Assembly (NCBI GenBank): GCA_963757055.1
Contig: CAVWPX010000007.1
Location: 5,618 to 69,617, forward strand
Direction of reading: 5' to 3'
Length of the DNA stretch: 64,000 nucleotides
Source of the DNA: an uncultured Chloroflexia bacterium
GTDB taxonomy: Bacteria; Chloroflexota; Limnocylindria; Limnocylindrales; CSP1-4
Shown here: piece by piece, positions 54,503 to 64,000 of the stretch
How the letters are laid out: each line of letters begins with the position of its first letter
How positions within the stretch are numbered: position 1 is the first letter of the stretch
Position numbers and translations under genes: made by a program
Notes under the pieces: model-generated
What the model was told of the DNA's origin: nothing
The model's database searches: none
The model's input: only the letters and a program-made list of their open reading frames with translations

Positions 54503-56803
54503 CTAGTGGAGGGGCAGGCTCACCTGGGTCCAGGACGAGCGCCCGGCCGCGTCCGCGCCGTACACGCGGAACTTGATCGTGCCCGCCCCACCACCGGTCT
54601 TGATCGTCAGGACGGCCTGGTAGCGGCCCGGGCCGAGCCGGACCATGGCCACGCTCCAGGTGGCCTTGCCGGGCTGGACGACCGACACGCGAGGCGCCGC
54701 GTTCTGCGGCTCGGCGGCGGTCGCGGAGATGGTGACCTTCTGGCCGCGGGCCGGCGTCGTGTCCGAGGCCGCGATGGCGTACGCGTTCATCTCGAACGCG
54801 GCCGAGTGGGTGGTCGTGGTCAGGTCGTCGGTCGCCACGACGTACGAGGTGTACTTGCCGATCGGCAACCGCGCCGAGTGGTCGAGCTTCATCCCGTCGA
54901 AGGTGAGGGAGTAGGTGCCCGCAGCCTGCGGCTGGGCGTCCACGAGCGTCTCCACGATGGCCCCGGCGCTGTTGCGGATCGTCCAGGTGACGGTCGCCGG
55001 CCGGGCGAGGCGATAGCCGAGCGCCGTCACCGTCGCGTAGGCGTCGCCGTCCTGCGGGAAGAACACGGCCTTCGACGACGTCACGAAGCCCAGGGTCGTG
55101 CTGAGGCGGACGGTGCGCGTGACCTGCGGCGACGGATTGCCCGCCGCGTCGGCCAGCGAGAGCCGGATGTCGTACTCGCCGTCGGGGGCGATGGCGCCAT
55201 GCACGTCGCGGCCGTCCCACGGCATCGCCTTCGAGCCGGCCGCCACGGGCACGATGTCCTTGCGGATGACCGCGCCGGCGCCGTTCACGACCCGCATCGT
55301 CAGCGTGCCGGCCTCGGGCAGCGCGGCCGTCAGGCTCACGGTGTCGCGGCTGCCGTCGCCGTTCGGGCTGAACCACGGCTCGGGATCCGCGGCCGGGGTG
55401 ACCGTCCCGAGCACGGGTGCGACCGTGTCGATGGTGAGCTTGCCCGCGCTCGAGCTCGACGCGTTGCCCCACGCGTCCACGGCGTCGATGCTGACGGTGT
55501 ACGTGCCGTCCGCCGCGGTGCCGCCGCCGGACGCGCCGTCCCAGGTCAGGCTGAACGCGGCGCCGTTCCCGGTCGCGGTCTTGACGGTGCCGCCGCCGGC
55601 GTCCTTGACCGTGGCGGTCCAGGCCGCCGTCTCGGAGAGGTTGCCCGTCACGGTCGCGGTGTCGCCGGTGCCGTCGCCGTTGGGCGAGAACCGGGCCGTG
55701 CCGCCCTCGACGCCCCAGACGCGCGGGGCGACGCTGTCCTTCGGGACGAGATCGCCGGCGACGACCCAGCCGTCGATCGAGGCGTCGTCGATGCCCTGGA
55801 CGTGGACCGCGGTCCCGGCGACGGTGGCGGCGGCCGTGCTGCTGACGACGCGCAGGCGGGTGCCCGCCGGGAGGATGGCCGGCGGCGCGCCCTCGGCGTC
55901 CGGGGTCATGCTCGGGCTCTCGAAGATCTCCGCCCCGGCGGCGCCGGCCTGGGCATTGCCCGGGACGACGAGCTTGGCCGGATCGGTGCCGGTGTCGGCC
56001 GAGGTGGCGCCCGTGACGGCGTCGGTGGTGAGGCCGGGCTTGGCGACCAGCGAGCGGTAGTAGCCGGCCGTCGTGCTGTCGGTGTCGGTGTAGGCCGTGG
56101 CGCCCGGCGTCCGGGTCGAGGCGAACGCCTTCACGTGGTTGTTGAAATTCGGGGCGCTGCGCCACACGTCCTCGATGGTCGTGTGCATCGTGAAGAGGGC
56201 CCGGATGTACGGCTCGGGGCTGCCGTGGCCGTCGGCGATGACCGCGCGGGCGTTGCCCTTCAGGAAGCCGGCGCCGTAGTTGTCGACGCGCTGGCGGGCC
56301 ACGGTGACCGACGGGGCCGCGTTGCCCGGCTCGGAGTTGCCCGAGGCATAGCAGAGGTGGCCCAGGATGATGACCGCGTTCGGCGCCAGGGCGAGGGTGG
56401 AGACGTAGGGCTCGCCGTAGTACTTGTTGTTGTAGTCGCCGGCGCCGGCCGTGGCGTTGAGCCCGAACCCGTCCTTGGTGGCGTACTTGGCGTCGTAGGT
56501 GTACGGGCTGGGCCAGCCGTTCCCGTGGCCGAAGTAGATGAGGATCGACGCACCCTTGGCGGCCGCCTGCACCTTCGCCCAGGTCGCGTTCGGGCTGTAG
56601 ACCTTGACGACGTTCGAGGTGTACTTGATCGCCTCGGCGTAGGCCCGGTCGGCATCGGCGCGATATCCGGCGGTCGCTCCGTGCGTGGCCCCGACGACGA
56701 TCACCACCTTGGCTCCGGCGGGAGCGGCCGCGCTCGCGGCCGGGGCGAACGCGCCCAGGGCGGCGAGCATGGCGAGGACGAGGGCGGCGACGGGTCTGCG
56801 CAA
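54503..56803 (-). CDS. Secreted multidomain protein: putative clan CD cysteine peptidase domain + SH3-like + FlgD-type Ig repeats
   Basis: Signal peptide; ILIYFGHG and VIILGHLC motifs; GTRLRVV...GWV; FSPNGDG twice and FFPQDGD modules with WDG motifs. Confidence 0.7.
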   Translation of the reverse strand: MRRPVAALVLAMLAALGAFAPAASAAAPAGAKVVIVVGATHGATAGYRADADRAYAEAIKYTSNVVKVYSPNATWAKVQAAAKGASILIYFGHGNGWPSPYTYDAKYATKDGFGLNATAGAGDYNNKYYGEPYVSTLALAPNAVIILGHLCYASGNSEPGNAAPSVTVARQRVDNYGAGFLKGNARAVIADGHGSPEPYIRALFTMHTTIEDVWRSAPNFNNHVKAFASTRTPGATAYTDTDSTTAGYYRSLVAKPGLTTDAVTGATSADTGTDPAKLVVPGNAQAGAAGAEIFESPSMTPDAEGAPPAILPAGTRLRVVSSTAAATVAGTAVHVQGIDDASIDGWVVAGDLVPKDSVAPRVWGVEGGTARFSPNGDGTGDTATVTGNLSETAAWTATVKDAGGGTVKTATGNGAAFSLTWDGASGGGTAADGTYTVSIDAVDAWGNASSSSAGKLTIDTVAPVLGTVTPAADPEPWFSPNGDGSRDTVSLTAALPEAGTLTMRVVNGAGAVIRKDIVPVAAGSKAMPWDGRDVHGAIAPDGEYDIRLSLADAAGNPSPQVTRTVRLSTTLGFVTSSKAVFFPQDGDAYATVTALGYRLARPATVTWTIRNSAGAIVETLVDAQPQAAGTYSLTFDGMKLDHSARLPIGKYTSYVVATDDLTTTTHSAAFEMNAYAIAASDTTPARGQKVTISATAAEPQNAAPRVSVVQPGKATWSVAMVRLGPGRYQAVLTIKTGGGAGTIKFRVYGADAAGRSSWTQVSLPLH

Positions 56804-56833
56804 ACGGGCGCTCCTGCGACGGGGATCGGTCGA

Positions 56834-57571
56834 TCAGGTCCTCAGGCTCGTGGACGGGCGCGGTTCGCGACATCGCGGGATGGTCCCGCCACCTCGTAGG
56901 CCCATCGGGGCGGGCTGGTGCGGTCGCGGGCGGGGCGATGGGGTTGGGGTGCGGTCTGGGGTCCGCCCCGTCATTGTCCCCCGTGCGCGCAAGCGCACCA
57001 CCAGATCGGCCAGCGTCGGCGCGGTGCGGTCCCGGTCCGAGACGATCGGGCGCCCGTCGGCGGTCGAATCGACGGCGGGCCAGCCGACCCCGGCGATCGG
57101 GTCGTCCCAGGCGAAGCCCAGCTCGTCGCTGCCGTCGTACGGGTTCGTGACGAGGTACAGCATCCCGAGCGCCTCGAGGGCCAGGAACCCGTGCGCCACC
57201 CCGGCCGGGATCACGACCCACTCGTCCTCGCGGAGCTCGCGCGTCTCGACGACCGGCTGGTCGCCCGTCCCCCGCAGGATCGGCCGGAGGTCGACCAGCG
57301 CCACGAACGCACGCCCCGAGGCGACGACCCAGTAGTCGAGCTGGCGGCGGTGGTAGTGCAGGCCGCGCAGGACGCCCGGCGCGGAGGTCGACAGGTTCGC
57401 CTGGACGAACGTCGGCGTTGCCGACGGGTCCGCGCCCGCGTCGCCCGGCTCGATCGCCCCGAACGCGTCGGCCCGCCACAGCTCGCGGAACGCGCCGCGC
57501 GCATCGGCCATCCGCGCGACCGCCCCGTAGCGGACGCCGGGCAGCGACGACGGGGCCCGATCGAGGCTCAT
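56834..57571 (-). CDS. rfbC: dTDP-4-dehydrorhamnose 3,5-epimerase (true stop probably near 56971)
   Basis: DARG.FRE, FVQAN.S.S..GVLRGLHYH, VALVDLR, IPAGVAHGF, WDDP. Confidence 0.9.
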   Translation of the reverse strand: MSLDRAPSSLPGVRYGAVARMADARGAFRELWRADAFGAIEPGDAGADPSATPTFVQANLSTSAPGVLRGLHYHRRQLDYWVVASGRAFVALVDLRPILRGTGDQPVVETRELREDEWVVIPAGVAHGFLALEALGMLYLVTNPYDGSDELGFAWDDPIAGVGWPAVDSTADGRPIVSDRDRTAPTLADLVVRLRARGTMTGRTPDRTPTPSPRPRPHQPAPMGLRGGGTIPRCREPRPSTSLRT

Positions 57572-58487
57572 CGCGTGCCCGCCGCCTGCCGCCGTGCCCG
57601 CTCGAGCGCGGGGGCGTAGTCGGCCATCGCGTCGGGCCACGGCCGGAGCGGCTCGCCGGACGGCAGCGGCGTCGCGGCCAGGACGCCCCAGCGCGGCGGG
57701 ACCGACGCGCGTTCCCAGGTCGTCCCGGGGACCGGCTCGACGCGGACCGGCAGCCCGAACCGCCCGACGAGGTACTCGGCCCACAGCGCCCGCGTGGCGG
57801 TCAGCCCGTTGACGACGTGGTGGATGCCGGCGTGCGCGTCCTCGGCCAGGAGCTCCACGATCGCGTCGGCGGCATCGTGCGTGTAGGTCGGGCGTGCCCC
57901 ACTCGTCGGCGACGGCGCGGAGCGGCTCCCCGGCGGCGGCCGCCCGGTCCGCCGCCGCGAGGATCTTCCGCGGGAAGTCCGGCTCGCCCGGGCCGAACAG
58001 CCATGCCGTGCGCACGATGCCGAGGCGCGCGCCTGCGCTCGCACCGGCGTACGCGGCGGTCGCCGCGCGCTCCCCGGCGAGCTTCGAGGCGCCGTACGGA
58101 TTGCCCGGCGCGGGCTGGTCATCGGGGCCGTACCCGACGCCATCGGTCCGCGTCCCGTCGAAGACCTCGTTGGTCGACACCATCACGAGGTCGATGCCGC
58201 GCGCCGCGCAGCTCGCCGGCGAGGACGCCGGTCGCGGTGCCGTTGCGGGCGAGCGCGCGGTCCGGCTCTCGGGCGCAGCCGTCCACATCGGTCCAGGCCG
58301 CGACGTGCACCACGACCTCCGGGCGGTCGCGGTCCAGCGCGGCCGCCACGCCCTCGGGCGCATCGAGGTCCAGCTCGCGCCGGCCCCAGGCGAGCGGCCC
58401 GCCCGGGCCGGGGAACGGCGCATCGGCGAGCGCACTGACGAGCGCCGACCCGAGCCGCCCGGTCGCGCCGGTCACGGCGATCCGCAT
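57568..58487 (-). CDS. rfbD: dTDP-4-dehydrorhamnose reductase (multiple frameshifts)
   Basis: [51 protein letters not shown]. Confidence 0.88.
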
Positions 58488-59530
58488 CAGCCGGCCGAGC
58501 GGAGGCGCGCCCCGTACTGGCGCTCGTAGTAGGCGTCCCAGTCGTCCGAGCGGGCGGCCCGCCACCAGGCCTCGTTGGCGAGGTACCAGTCGATCGTCTC
58601 CGCCAGGCCCGGTCGAACGGGGTCTGCGGCCGCCAGCCGAGCGCCGCGATCCGCGTGCCGTCCATGGCGTACCGCCGGTCGTGGCCGGGGCGGTCCTCGA
58701 CGTGGCGGACCAGCGACCACGGCTTGCCGAGGTGCTCGAGCAGGAGCCGGACGATCTCCCGGTTCTCCATCTCGGACCCGCCGGGCACGTTGTAGGTCTC
58801 GCCGGTCGTCCCGTGCCGCAGCACCGTGTCGATCGCCGCCGCGTGGTCGGCGACGTAGAGCCAGTCGCGTCGCTGTCGCCCGTCGCCGTAGAGCGGCAGC
58901 GGCCGGTCGTCGATGGCGTTGGTCACGAACAGCGGGATCAGCTTCTCCGGGTGGTGGTACGGGCCGTAGGTGTTCGCGCCGCGGGTCACCACCGCGTCGA
59001 GGCCGTGGGTCACGACGTAGCTGCGGACCAGCAGCTCCCCCGCTGCCTTCGCGGCCGCGTAGGGCGAGCGCGGCGCGAGGCGATCGCCCTCGACCGACGC
59101 CCCGGTCTCGACCGAGCCGTAGACCTCGTCGGTCGAGACCTGCAGGAAGCGCGGCCGGGCCGGCGCCGTCCGGCAGGCCTCCAGCAGCACGTGCACGCCG
59201 ATCACCCCGGTCCGCAGGAACGCCTCCGGGTCGAGGATGGAGCGGTCGACGTGCGTCTCCGCGGCGACGTTGATCACCGCGTCCGCGTCGGCGACGAGCG
59301 GCGTCACGACAGCCGGGTCCGCGATGTCGCCGCGCACGAAGCGCAGCCGGGCCGCCATCTCCGGGTCGTCGAGGACCGGGAGCCAGGTTGGCCTCGTTGC
59401 CGGCGTAGGTCAGCTTGTCCAGGACGGTGATCTCGGTGCCGTCCCGGCGGCCGAGGACGTCGCGGACGTAGCACGAGCCGATGAACCCGGCGCCGCCGGT
59501 GACCAGCAGGCGGCGGTACCGGTCGGTCAC
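58487..59530 (-). CDS. rfbB: dTDP-glucose 4,6-dehydratase (frameshifts)
   Basis: [64 protein letters not shown]. Confidence 0.93.
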   Translation of the reverse strand: MTDRYRRLLVTGGAGFIGSCYVRDVLGRRDGTEITVLDKLTYAGNEANLAPGPRRPGDGGPAALRARRHRGPGCRDAARRRRGRGDQRRRGDARRPLHPRPGGVPADRGDRRARAAGGLPDGAGPAALPAGLDRRGLRLGRDRGVGRGRSPRAALALRGREGSGGAAGPQLRRDPRPRRGGDPRREHLRPVPPPGEADPAVRDQRHRRPAAAALRRRATATRLALRRRPRGGDRHGAAARDDRRDLQRARRVRDGEPGDRPAPARAPRQAVVAGPPRRGPPRPRPAVRHGRHADRGARLAAADPVRPGLAETIDWYLANEAWWRAARSDDWDAYYERQYGARLRSAG

Positions 59531-60289
59531 GACGGCCGGCGCTCCACGGGTGGTGCCAGCCGGCCGGCGGCGTCGTCGTCGCGGGCCAGCTCGGAGGCGC
59601 GCAGCAGCGACGGCACCGTCCCGGCATCGGTCCAGTGGCCCTCGTAGACCGGGGCGTACAGCCGTCCGTCGGGGACGTAGTGGTTCAGCACGTCCGTGAT
59701 CTCGAACTCGCCGCGACCCGAGGGCGACAGCCCGTCGATGACGTCGAAGGCGTCCGGCCGCAGGAAGTAGACCCCGATGGGGATGAGGTCGCTCTTGGGC
59801 GTCTCGGGCTTCTCCTCGAAGCCGATCACGCGTCCGTCGCGGTCCAGCTCGGCGACGCCGAACCGGCCCGGATCGGGGACCTGGTAGAGCAGCGTGCCGG
59901 CCCCGTACGGCCCCGCCTCGAAGGCGTTCGCGACCGGTGCGAGGGCCGGGCCGCGGAGGACGTTGTCGCCGAGGATGCAGCAGAACGCGTCGTCGCCGAC
60001 GAAGTCGCGGGCGAGCCCGATGGCGTGGGCGATGCCGAGCGCGCCGGGCTGGTAGCGGTAGGTCAGGTCGAGCCCGAAGTGCGTGCCGTCGGCGAGCAGC
60101 TCCACGACGTCGCCCGACGCCCTTCCCGCCGACGATGACCATGACCTCGCGGATGCCCATCCCCGCCAGCGTCTCGATGGGGTAGTAGATCATCGGCCGG
60201 TCGTAGATCGGCAGCAGGTGCTTGTTGGTGACGATCGTCAGGGGATAGAGCCTGGTCGCGGTCCCGCCCGCCAGGACGATCCCCTTCAT
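59527..60289 (-). CDS. rfbA: Glucose-1-phosphate thymidylyltransferase (short RmlA type; frameshift near 60120)
   Basis: [17 protein letters not shown]...[48 protein letters not shown]. Confidence 0.93.
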
Positions 60290-60328
60290 CGGATGGGCCT
60301 TCATCGCGCCCAGCCTACCAGCCGGGGA

Positions 60329-61294
60329 TCAGGGTTTCGGGGTCGATCCGGCGTGCCCCGACGGTGCCGGCGTGTAGCACGGCTGCTCGCCCTGGGGCAG
60401 CACATCCGTGCCGCTGCAGTCGACCGGCTGCTGGTTGATCGGCGGCAGCCCGCCCTCGTAGTCGAGCACGACGAGGACGTACTCGAGCTTGTCGAGGTCC
60501 GCGGTCGGGCGGAGGTAGGCGGTCTGGACGACGTCGTTGGCGTCGAGCCGGACGTCGACGACCTGGCCGATGAGGAGGCCCTTGGGGAAGGGCGAGCGGA
60601 TGCCGCCCGCGAGCTCGATGCCGGCCGTGACGACCTCGTCGCCCAGCGAGATCTTCTCGCCCGAGTCGATCTGGCTCATGACCATCACGCCGCCCAGCTG
60701 GCCGACGACCTCGCCGCGGGCCGCGCTCGGGACGAGCTGGCCGACGACGGTCGAGTCGGCATCGGTCAGCAGCGTGACGGTCGCGCTGTCGGGCCCGACC
60801 GCGGTGACCCGGCCGGCGAGCGCGCCGCCGGTGGTGACCACGCTGTCGCCGAGCTCGATGGCGGCGTTGGTCCCCTTGTCGATCGTCACGACCCGGCGGA
60901 GCTCGAGCGAATCGCGGCCGATCACGGCCGCCGCGGCGGTCTTGTGGTTGAAGCCGGCCTGGAGCTGGAGGAGGCCGGTCAGCAGGTCGTTCTCGCGGCG
61001 GATCTCGTCGACCTGCGTGTTCTCGGTGGCCAGTCGCTCGTTCTCGTCGCGGAGCTGGGCGTTGTCGGTCCGCAGCCGGTCGATCTCGGTGATCGCGGTC
61101 GCCACCGAGGCGATCCCGCCGGCGACGCTGTCGAGCGCGCCCTGGATCGGCCGGAAGGCGTAGCCCACGCCGCTCTGGAGGTCGCGGACGCCCGGGTTCG
61201 ACGAGAAGGCCATCATCAGGACGGTCACGACCAGCAGCACCGTGAACACGATGCCGCGCCGCCGCGCCGCCCGATTGGCGAAGGCCGAGCTCAT
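60329..61294 (-). CDS. mreC: Rod shape-determining protein MreC
   Basis: TM, coiled coil (LRDENERL...ENDLL), AAVIGRD, IDKG, GRV, GDEVVTAG, FPKGLLIG.V. Confidence 0.92.
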   Translation of the reverse strand: MSSAFANRAARRRGIVFTVLLVVTVLMMAFSSNPGVRDLQSGVGYAFRPIQGALDSVAGGIASVATAITEIDRLRTDNAQLRDENERLATENTQVDEIRRENDLLTGLLQLQAGFNHKTAAAAVIGRDSLELRRVVTIDKGTNAAIELGDSVVTTGGALAGRVTAVGPDSATVTLLTDADSTVVGQLVPSAARGEVVGQLGGVMVMSQIDSGEKISLGDEVVTAGIELAGGIRSPFPKGLLIGQVVDVRLDANDVVQTAYLRPTADLDKLEYVLVVLDYEGGLPPINQQPVDCSGTDVLPQGEQPCYTPAPSGHAGSTPKP

Positions 61295-61319
61295 CGCAGG
61301 ATCCCCGTCATCGCGTGCC

Positions 61320-62372
61320 TCAGCGCGGCGGCCGCGAGTAGGTCTCGGCGACCAGCACGCGGTCCATCCCGTCGAGCTCCTCGAGCACGATCCCGGTCCC
61401 GCGGGCCACGCAGGTCAGCGGGTCGTCGGCGACGTGGACCGGCATCTGGGTCGCCTCCGCCACGCGCCGGTCGAGGCCGGCGAGGAGCGCGCCGCCACCG
61501 GCCAGCACGATGCCCTGGTCCATGATGTCGGCGACGAGCTCCGGCGGGGTCTCCTCGATGGTGTCCTTGACCGTGTCGACGATCTGCGCGACCGACGGCT
61601 CGATCGCCTCGCGGATCTGGTCGGCGCCGACCTCGACGCTGCGCGGCAGACCGGTCAGCAGGTCGCGGCCGCGGAGGGTCACGCGCTGCGCGTCCCACTC
61701 GCCGGGGTAGGCCGAGGCGATGGCGATCTTGATGTCCTCGGCCGTGCGCTCGCCGAGGAAGAGGTTGTACTCGCGCCGGGCGAACGTGACGATGTCCTGG
61801 TCCATCTCGTCGCCGCCGATGCGGATCGAGCGCGAGACCACGATCCCGCCGAGGCTGAGGACCGCGACCTCGGTCGTCCCGCCGCCGATGTCGACGATGA
61901 GGCTGCCCGACGGCTCGCTGACGGGGAGGCCGGCCCCGATCGCCGCGGCCATCGGCTCCTCGATGAGGCGGGCCCAGCGGGCGCCGGCGTTGAGGGCGGC
62001 GTCGCGGACGGCGCGCTTCTCGACCTCGGTCACGCCCGACGGGATCCCGAGGAGCATCCGCGGCCGCGGGATGAGCCCGACGCGGTCGTGGACCCGGTTC
62101 ACGAAGTACTTGATCATCTGCTCGGTGACGTCGAAGTCGCTGATGACGCCGTCGCGCAGGGGCCGGATCGCGATGATGTTCGCGGGCGTCCGGCCGACCA
62201 TCCGCTTGGCCTCGGCGCCGATGGCCAGGACCTTCCTGGTCTTGGCGTCGATCGCCACGACCGACGGCTCGCTCATGACGATGCCGCGGTTGCGGACATG
62301 GACCAGGGTGTTGGCGGTCCCGAGGTCGATTCCGATGTCGCGGGAGAAGAGGCCGAGGATCCGGTCGATCAT
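61320..62372 (-). CDS. mreB: Rod shape-determining protein MreB
   Basis: DIGIDLGTANT, EPSVVA, RPLRDGVI.DF, IEEPMAAAIGAGL, DIGGGTTE, GIVLAGGGALL. Confidence 0.97.
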   Translation of the reverse strand: MIDRILGLFSRDIGIDLGTANTLVHVRNRGIVMSEPSVVAIDAKTRKVLAIGAEAKRMVGRTPANIIAIRPLRDGVISDFDVTEQMIKYFVNRVHDRVGLIPRPRMLLGIPSGVTEVEKRAVRDAALNAGARWARLIEEPMAAAIGAGLPVSEPSGSLIVDIGGGTTEVAVLSLGGIVVSRSIRIGGDEMDQDIVTFARREYNLFLGERTAEDIKIAIASAYPGEWDAQRVTLRGRDLLTGLPRSVEVGADQIREAIEPSVAQIVDTVKDTIEETPPELVADIMDQGIVLAGGGALLAGLDRRVAEATQMPVHVADDPLTCVARGTGIVLEELDGMDRVLVAETYSRPPR

Positions 62373-62549
62373 GGTCGGGGGGCGCGTCCTTGCAGCGTCG
62401 GTCAGGTCCCGGCGCGGCCACCGCGAAGCGAAGCGGGTCGCGCGAGATGGGCGCACGGATGGGGAAAGCCCGGGCAGTATACCCGGTCACCCCCGGACCT
62501 CCCCTCAGCGGCCCAGCCTCGCGGCCCCGCGGCGCGGGATCCCGTGCCG

Positions 62550-63293
62550 TCACGCCTCGCGCGGCGGAGCTCCCACCCGGTCGAACGCGACGCCGCGATC
62601 GCGCATCGAGACGTAGGCGTCGTGGCCGATCACGAGGTGGTCGAGGAGCTGGATGTCGAGCATCCGGCCGGCGGCGAGCGCCTCCGCGGTCAGGTGCAGG
62701 TCGTCGGGCGACGGCGTCGGGTCCCCGGACGGGTGGTTGTGGACGAGGATGACCCCGGCCGCGTTCAGCCGGACCGCGTCCCGGTACAGCTCGCCGACGC
62801 GCACCAGCGACGAGCTGACGTTCCCCTGGTACACCGTGGCGACGCGGAGGACGTGGTTCTTCGTGTCGAGGATCACGACCCGGAGCTCCTCGCGCTCCAG
62901 CCGGCCCATCTGCAGGATCAGCCGGTCGGCGACGTCGCGCGGACCGCGGATCGACCAGCGACCCGATGGCCAGTCCGCGAGCAGGCGCCGACCCAGCTCG
63001 AAGGCCGCGATGAGCTGCGCCGACCGCGCCGCGCCGATCCCGGCCAGGCCCGCGAGCTCGACGTCCGTCGCCCGGGCGAGGCCCGTCAGCCCGTCGTGTG
63101 CCGCCAGCGCGTCGTCGGCGAGGTCGACCGCCGAGCGCCCGCGCGACCCGGATCCCCAGATGAGCGCGATCAGCTCGGCCGTCGTGAGGCCCGCGGCGCC
63201 GCGCAGCGCCAGCCGCTCGCGTGGCCGCTCCGTCGGCGGGACCTCCCGGATGGCCCGGCCGCGACGGGCCGGGGCGGCCTGATCCTCGCCCAC
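62550..63293 (-). CDS. radC: RadC / JAB-domain protein
   Basis: ERPRERL, GIG.ARSAQL.AA.ELGRR, HNHPSGDPTPSPDD, LLDHLVIG; GTG start after GGAGG. Confidence 0.93.
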   Translation of the reverse strand: MGEDQAAPARRGRAIREVPPTERPRERLALRGAAGLTTAELIALIWGSGSRGRSAVDLADDALAAHDGLTGLARATDVELAGLAGIGAARSAQLIAAFELGRRLLADWPSGRWSIRGPRDVADRLILQMGRLEREELRVVILDTKNHVLRVATVYQGNVSSSLVRVGELYRDAVRLNAAGVILVHNHPSGDPTPSPDDLHLTAEALAAGRMLDIQLLDHLVIGHDAYVSMRDRGVAFDRVGAPPREA

Positions 63294-63456
63294 CGGGCAC
63301 CTCCGCAGCGACGACATCGGCGGTCGAGGCGTCCCCGGGCCCGGACGACGGGAGCCCGCCGATTCCCCCCGCCATCCGGACCTCGAGGACGTGGTCCAGC
63401 CTATCGAGGAGGGCTCACCCGGCCGTCAACGGCCGCTTCCGCGGCGCTCACCGGGA

Positions 63457-64000
63457 TCAGGTCGAGCGGAGCGCCGCCTCGGCCAGGATCAGCAGGATGG
63501 CGTTGAACGTCGCGTGCAGGCCGAACGACGACCAGATCGACCCGTTCCGGACGAACAGCCAGCCAAGCGCCAGGGCGACCGGCACGCGGGTCGCGAAGCC
63601 GATGATCGCCAGCCCCGCCGTCTCCCCGAAGGTGCTCCCGGCGACGCCGATGATGTGCGCGAGCGCGAAGACCAGCGCGGCGCGGACGATCCCCCGCCGG
63701 ACCCCGAGCGAGCGGACCCACGCCGTCGTGGCCAGGCCGCGGAACAGCATCTCCTCGCCGAAGGGCGCGATGATCGCCCCGGCCAGCAGCTGCAGGGCGA
63801 ACCCGGTGTTCTCGCCCGCGGGTGGCAGCGGGCTGTCGGGCGTCACCCGGAGGAGGCTGATGAGGATCGCCGAGATCGGCACCGTCACGACGATCACCGG
63901 GACGGCCCAGAGCGCCCCGCCGCCCATCTGCACGAGGGCGCGCCCGTCCAGCCGCCGGAGGCCCATCTCGGCCCAGGTGAGCGCCCCGGCGTCGACGACG
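63457..64000 (-). CDS. CPBP (CAAX protease/Abi) family intramembrane metalloprotease, 5'-truncated by window edge
   Basis: APFGEEMLFRG, FALAH, GSIWSSFGLHATFN. Confidence 0.9.
   Translation of the reverse strand, partial: VVDAGALTWAEMGLRRLDGRALVQMGGGALWAVPVIVVTVPISAILISLLRVTPDSPLPPAGENTGFALQLLAGAIIAPFGEEMLFRGLATTAWVRSLGVRRGIVRAALVFALAHIIGVAGSTFGETAGLAIIGFATRVPVALALGWLFVRNGSIWSSFGLHATFNAILLILAEAALRST

Noticed and set aside
62550-63293. radC as a marker of a mobile or anti-restriction element
   Set aside because: Full-length RadC with N-terminal HhH region in the standard position upstream of mreB: the chromosomal type.

Overview
Very GC-rich bacterial chromosomal segment. Gene content (LCP ligase, PrsA-like foldase, DUF3048, type III glutamine synthetase, no LPS genes in view) suggests a monoderm lineage such as Chloroflexota/Limnocylindria; this is inference only. 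More than 25 single-base frameshifts are spread across otherwise intact housekeeping and pathway genes, which points to long-read indel errors rather than pseudogenes, so many CDS coordinates below are frame-corrected. Layout: (1-1.7 kb) accessory genes beside tRNA-Pro(CGG). (2-26 kb) c-di-GMP and two-component signalling, GSIII, ResB, a trans-sulfuration enzyme, Lrp, a homocysteine methyltransferase domain, a LysE exporter with an apparent leader-peptide attenuator, a VOC/ECF-sigma pair, a K+ channel, tRNA-Pro(UGG), MsrB and LCP. (27-31.6 kb) prsA-mazG-rph-rdgB-LOG. (31.7-47.5 kb) a surface-polysaccharide locus: Wzm/Wzt, four GT4 in the operon plus one divergent, two UDP-sugar dehydrogenases, a 2-epimerase and a WbpB/WbpE/WbpD set. 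(47.6-60.3 kb) a 15-residue-repeat beta-solenoid protein, DUF3048, GT4, polyprenol-P-mannose synthase, two large secreted FlgD-Ig proteins (GH18, and a putative clan CD cysteine protease) and the rml genes. (60.3-64 kb) mreC, mreB, radC and a CAAX protease. No transposase, integrase, CRISPR array or rRNA was seen. Top leads: the attenuator-like leader of the LysE gene, the structured 5' leader plus basic N-terminal arm at 20.5-21.4 kb, the secreted caspase/gingipain-fold FlgD protein, back-to-back ECF promoters and the beta-solenoid membrane protein.
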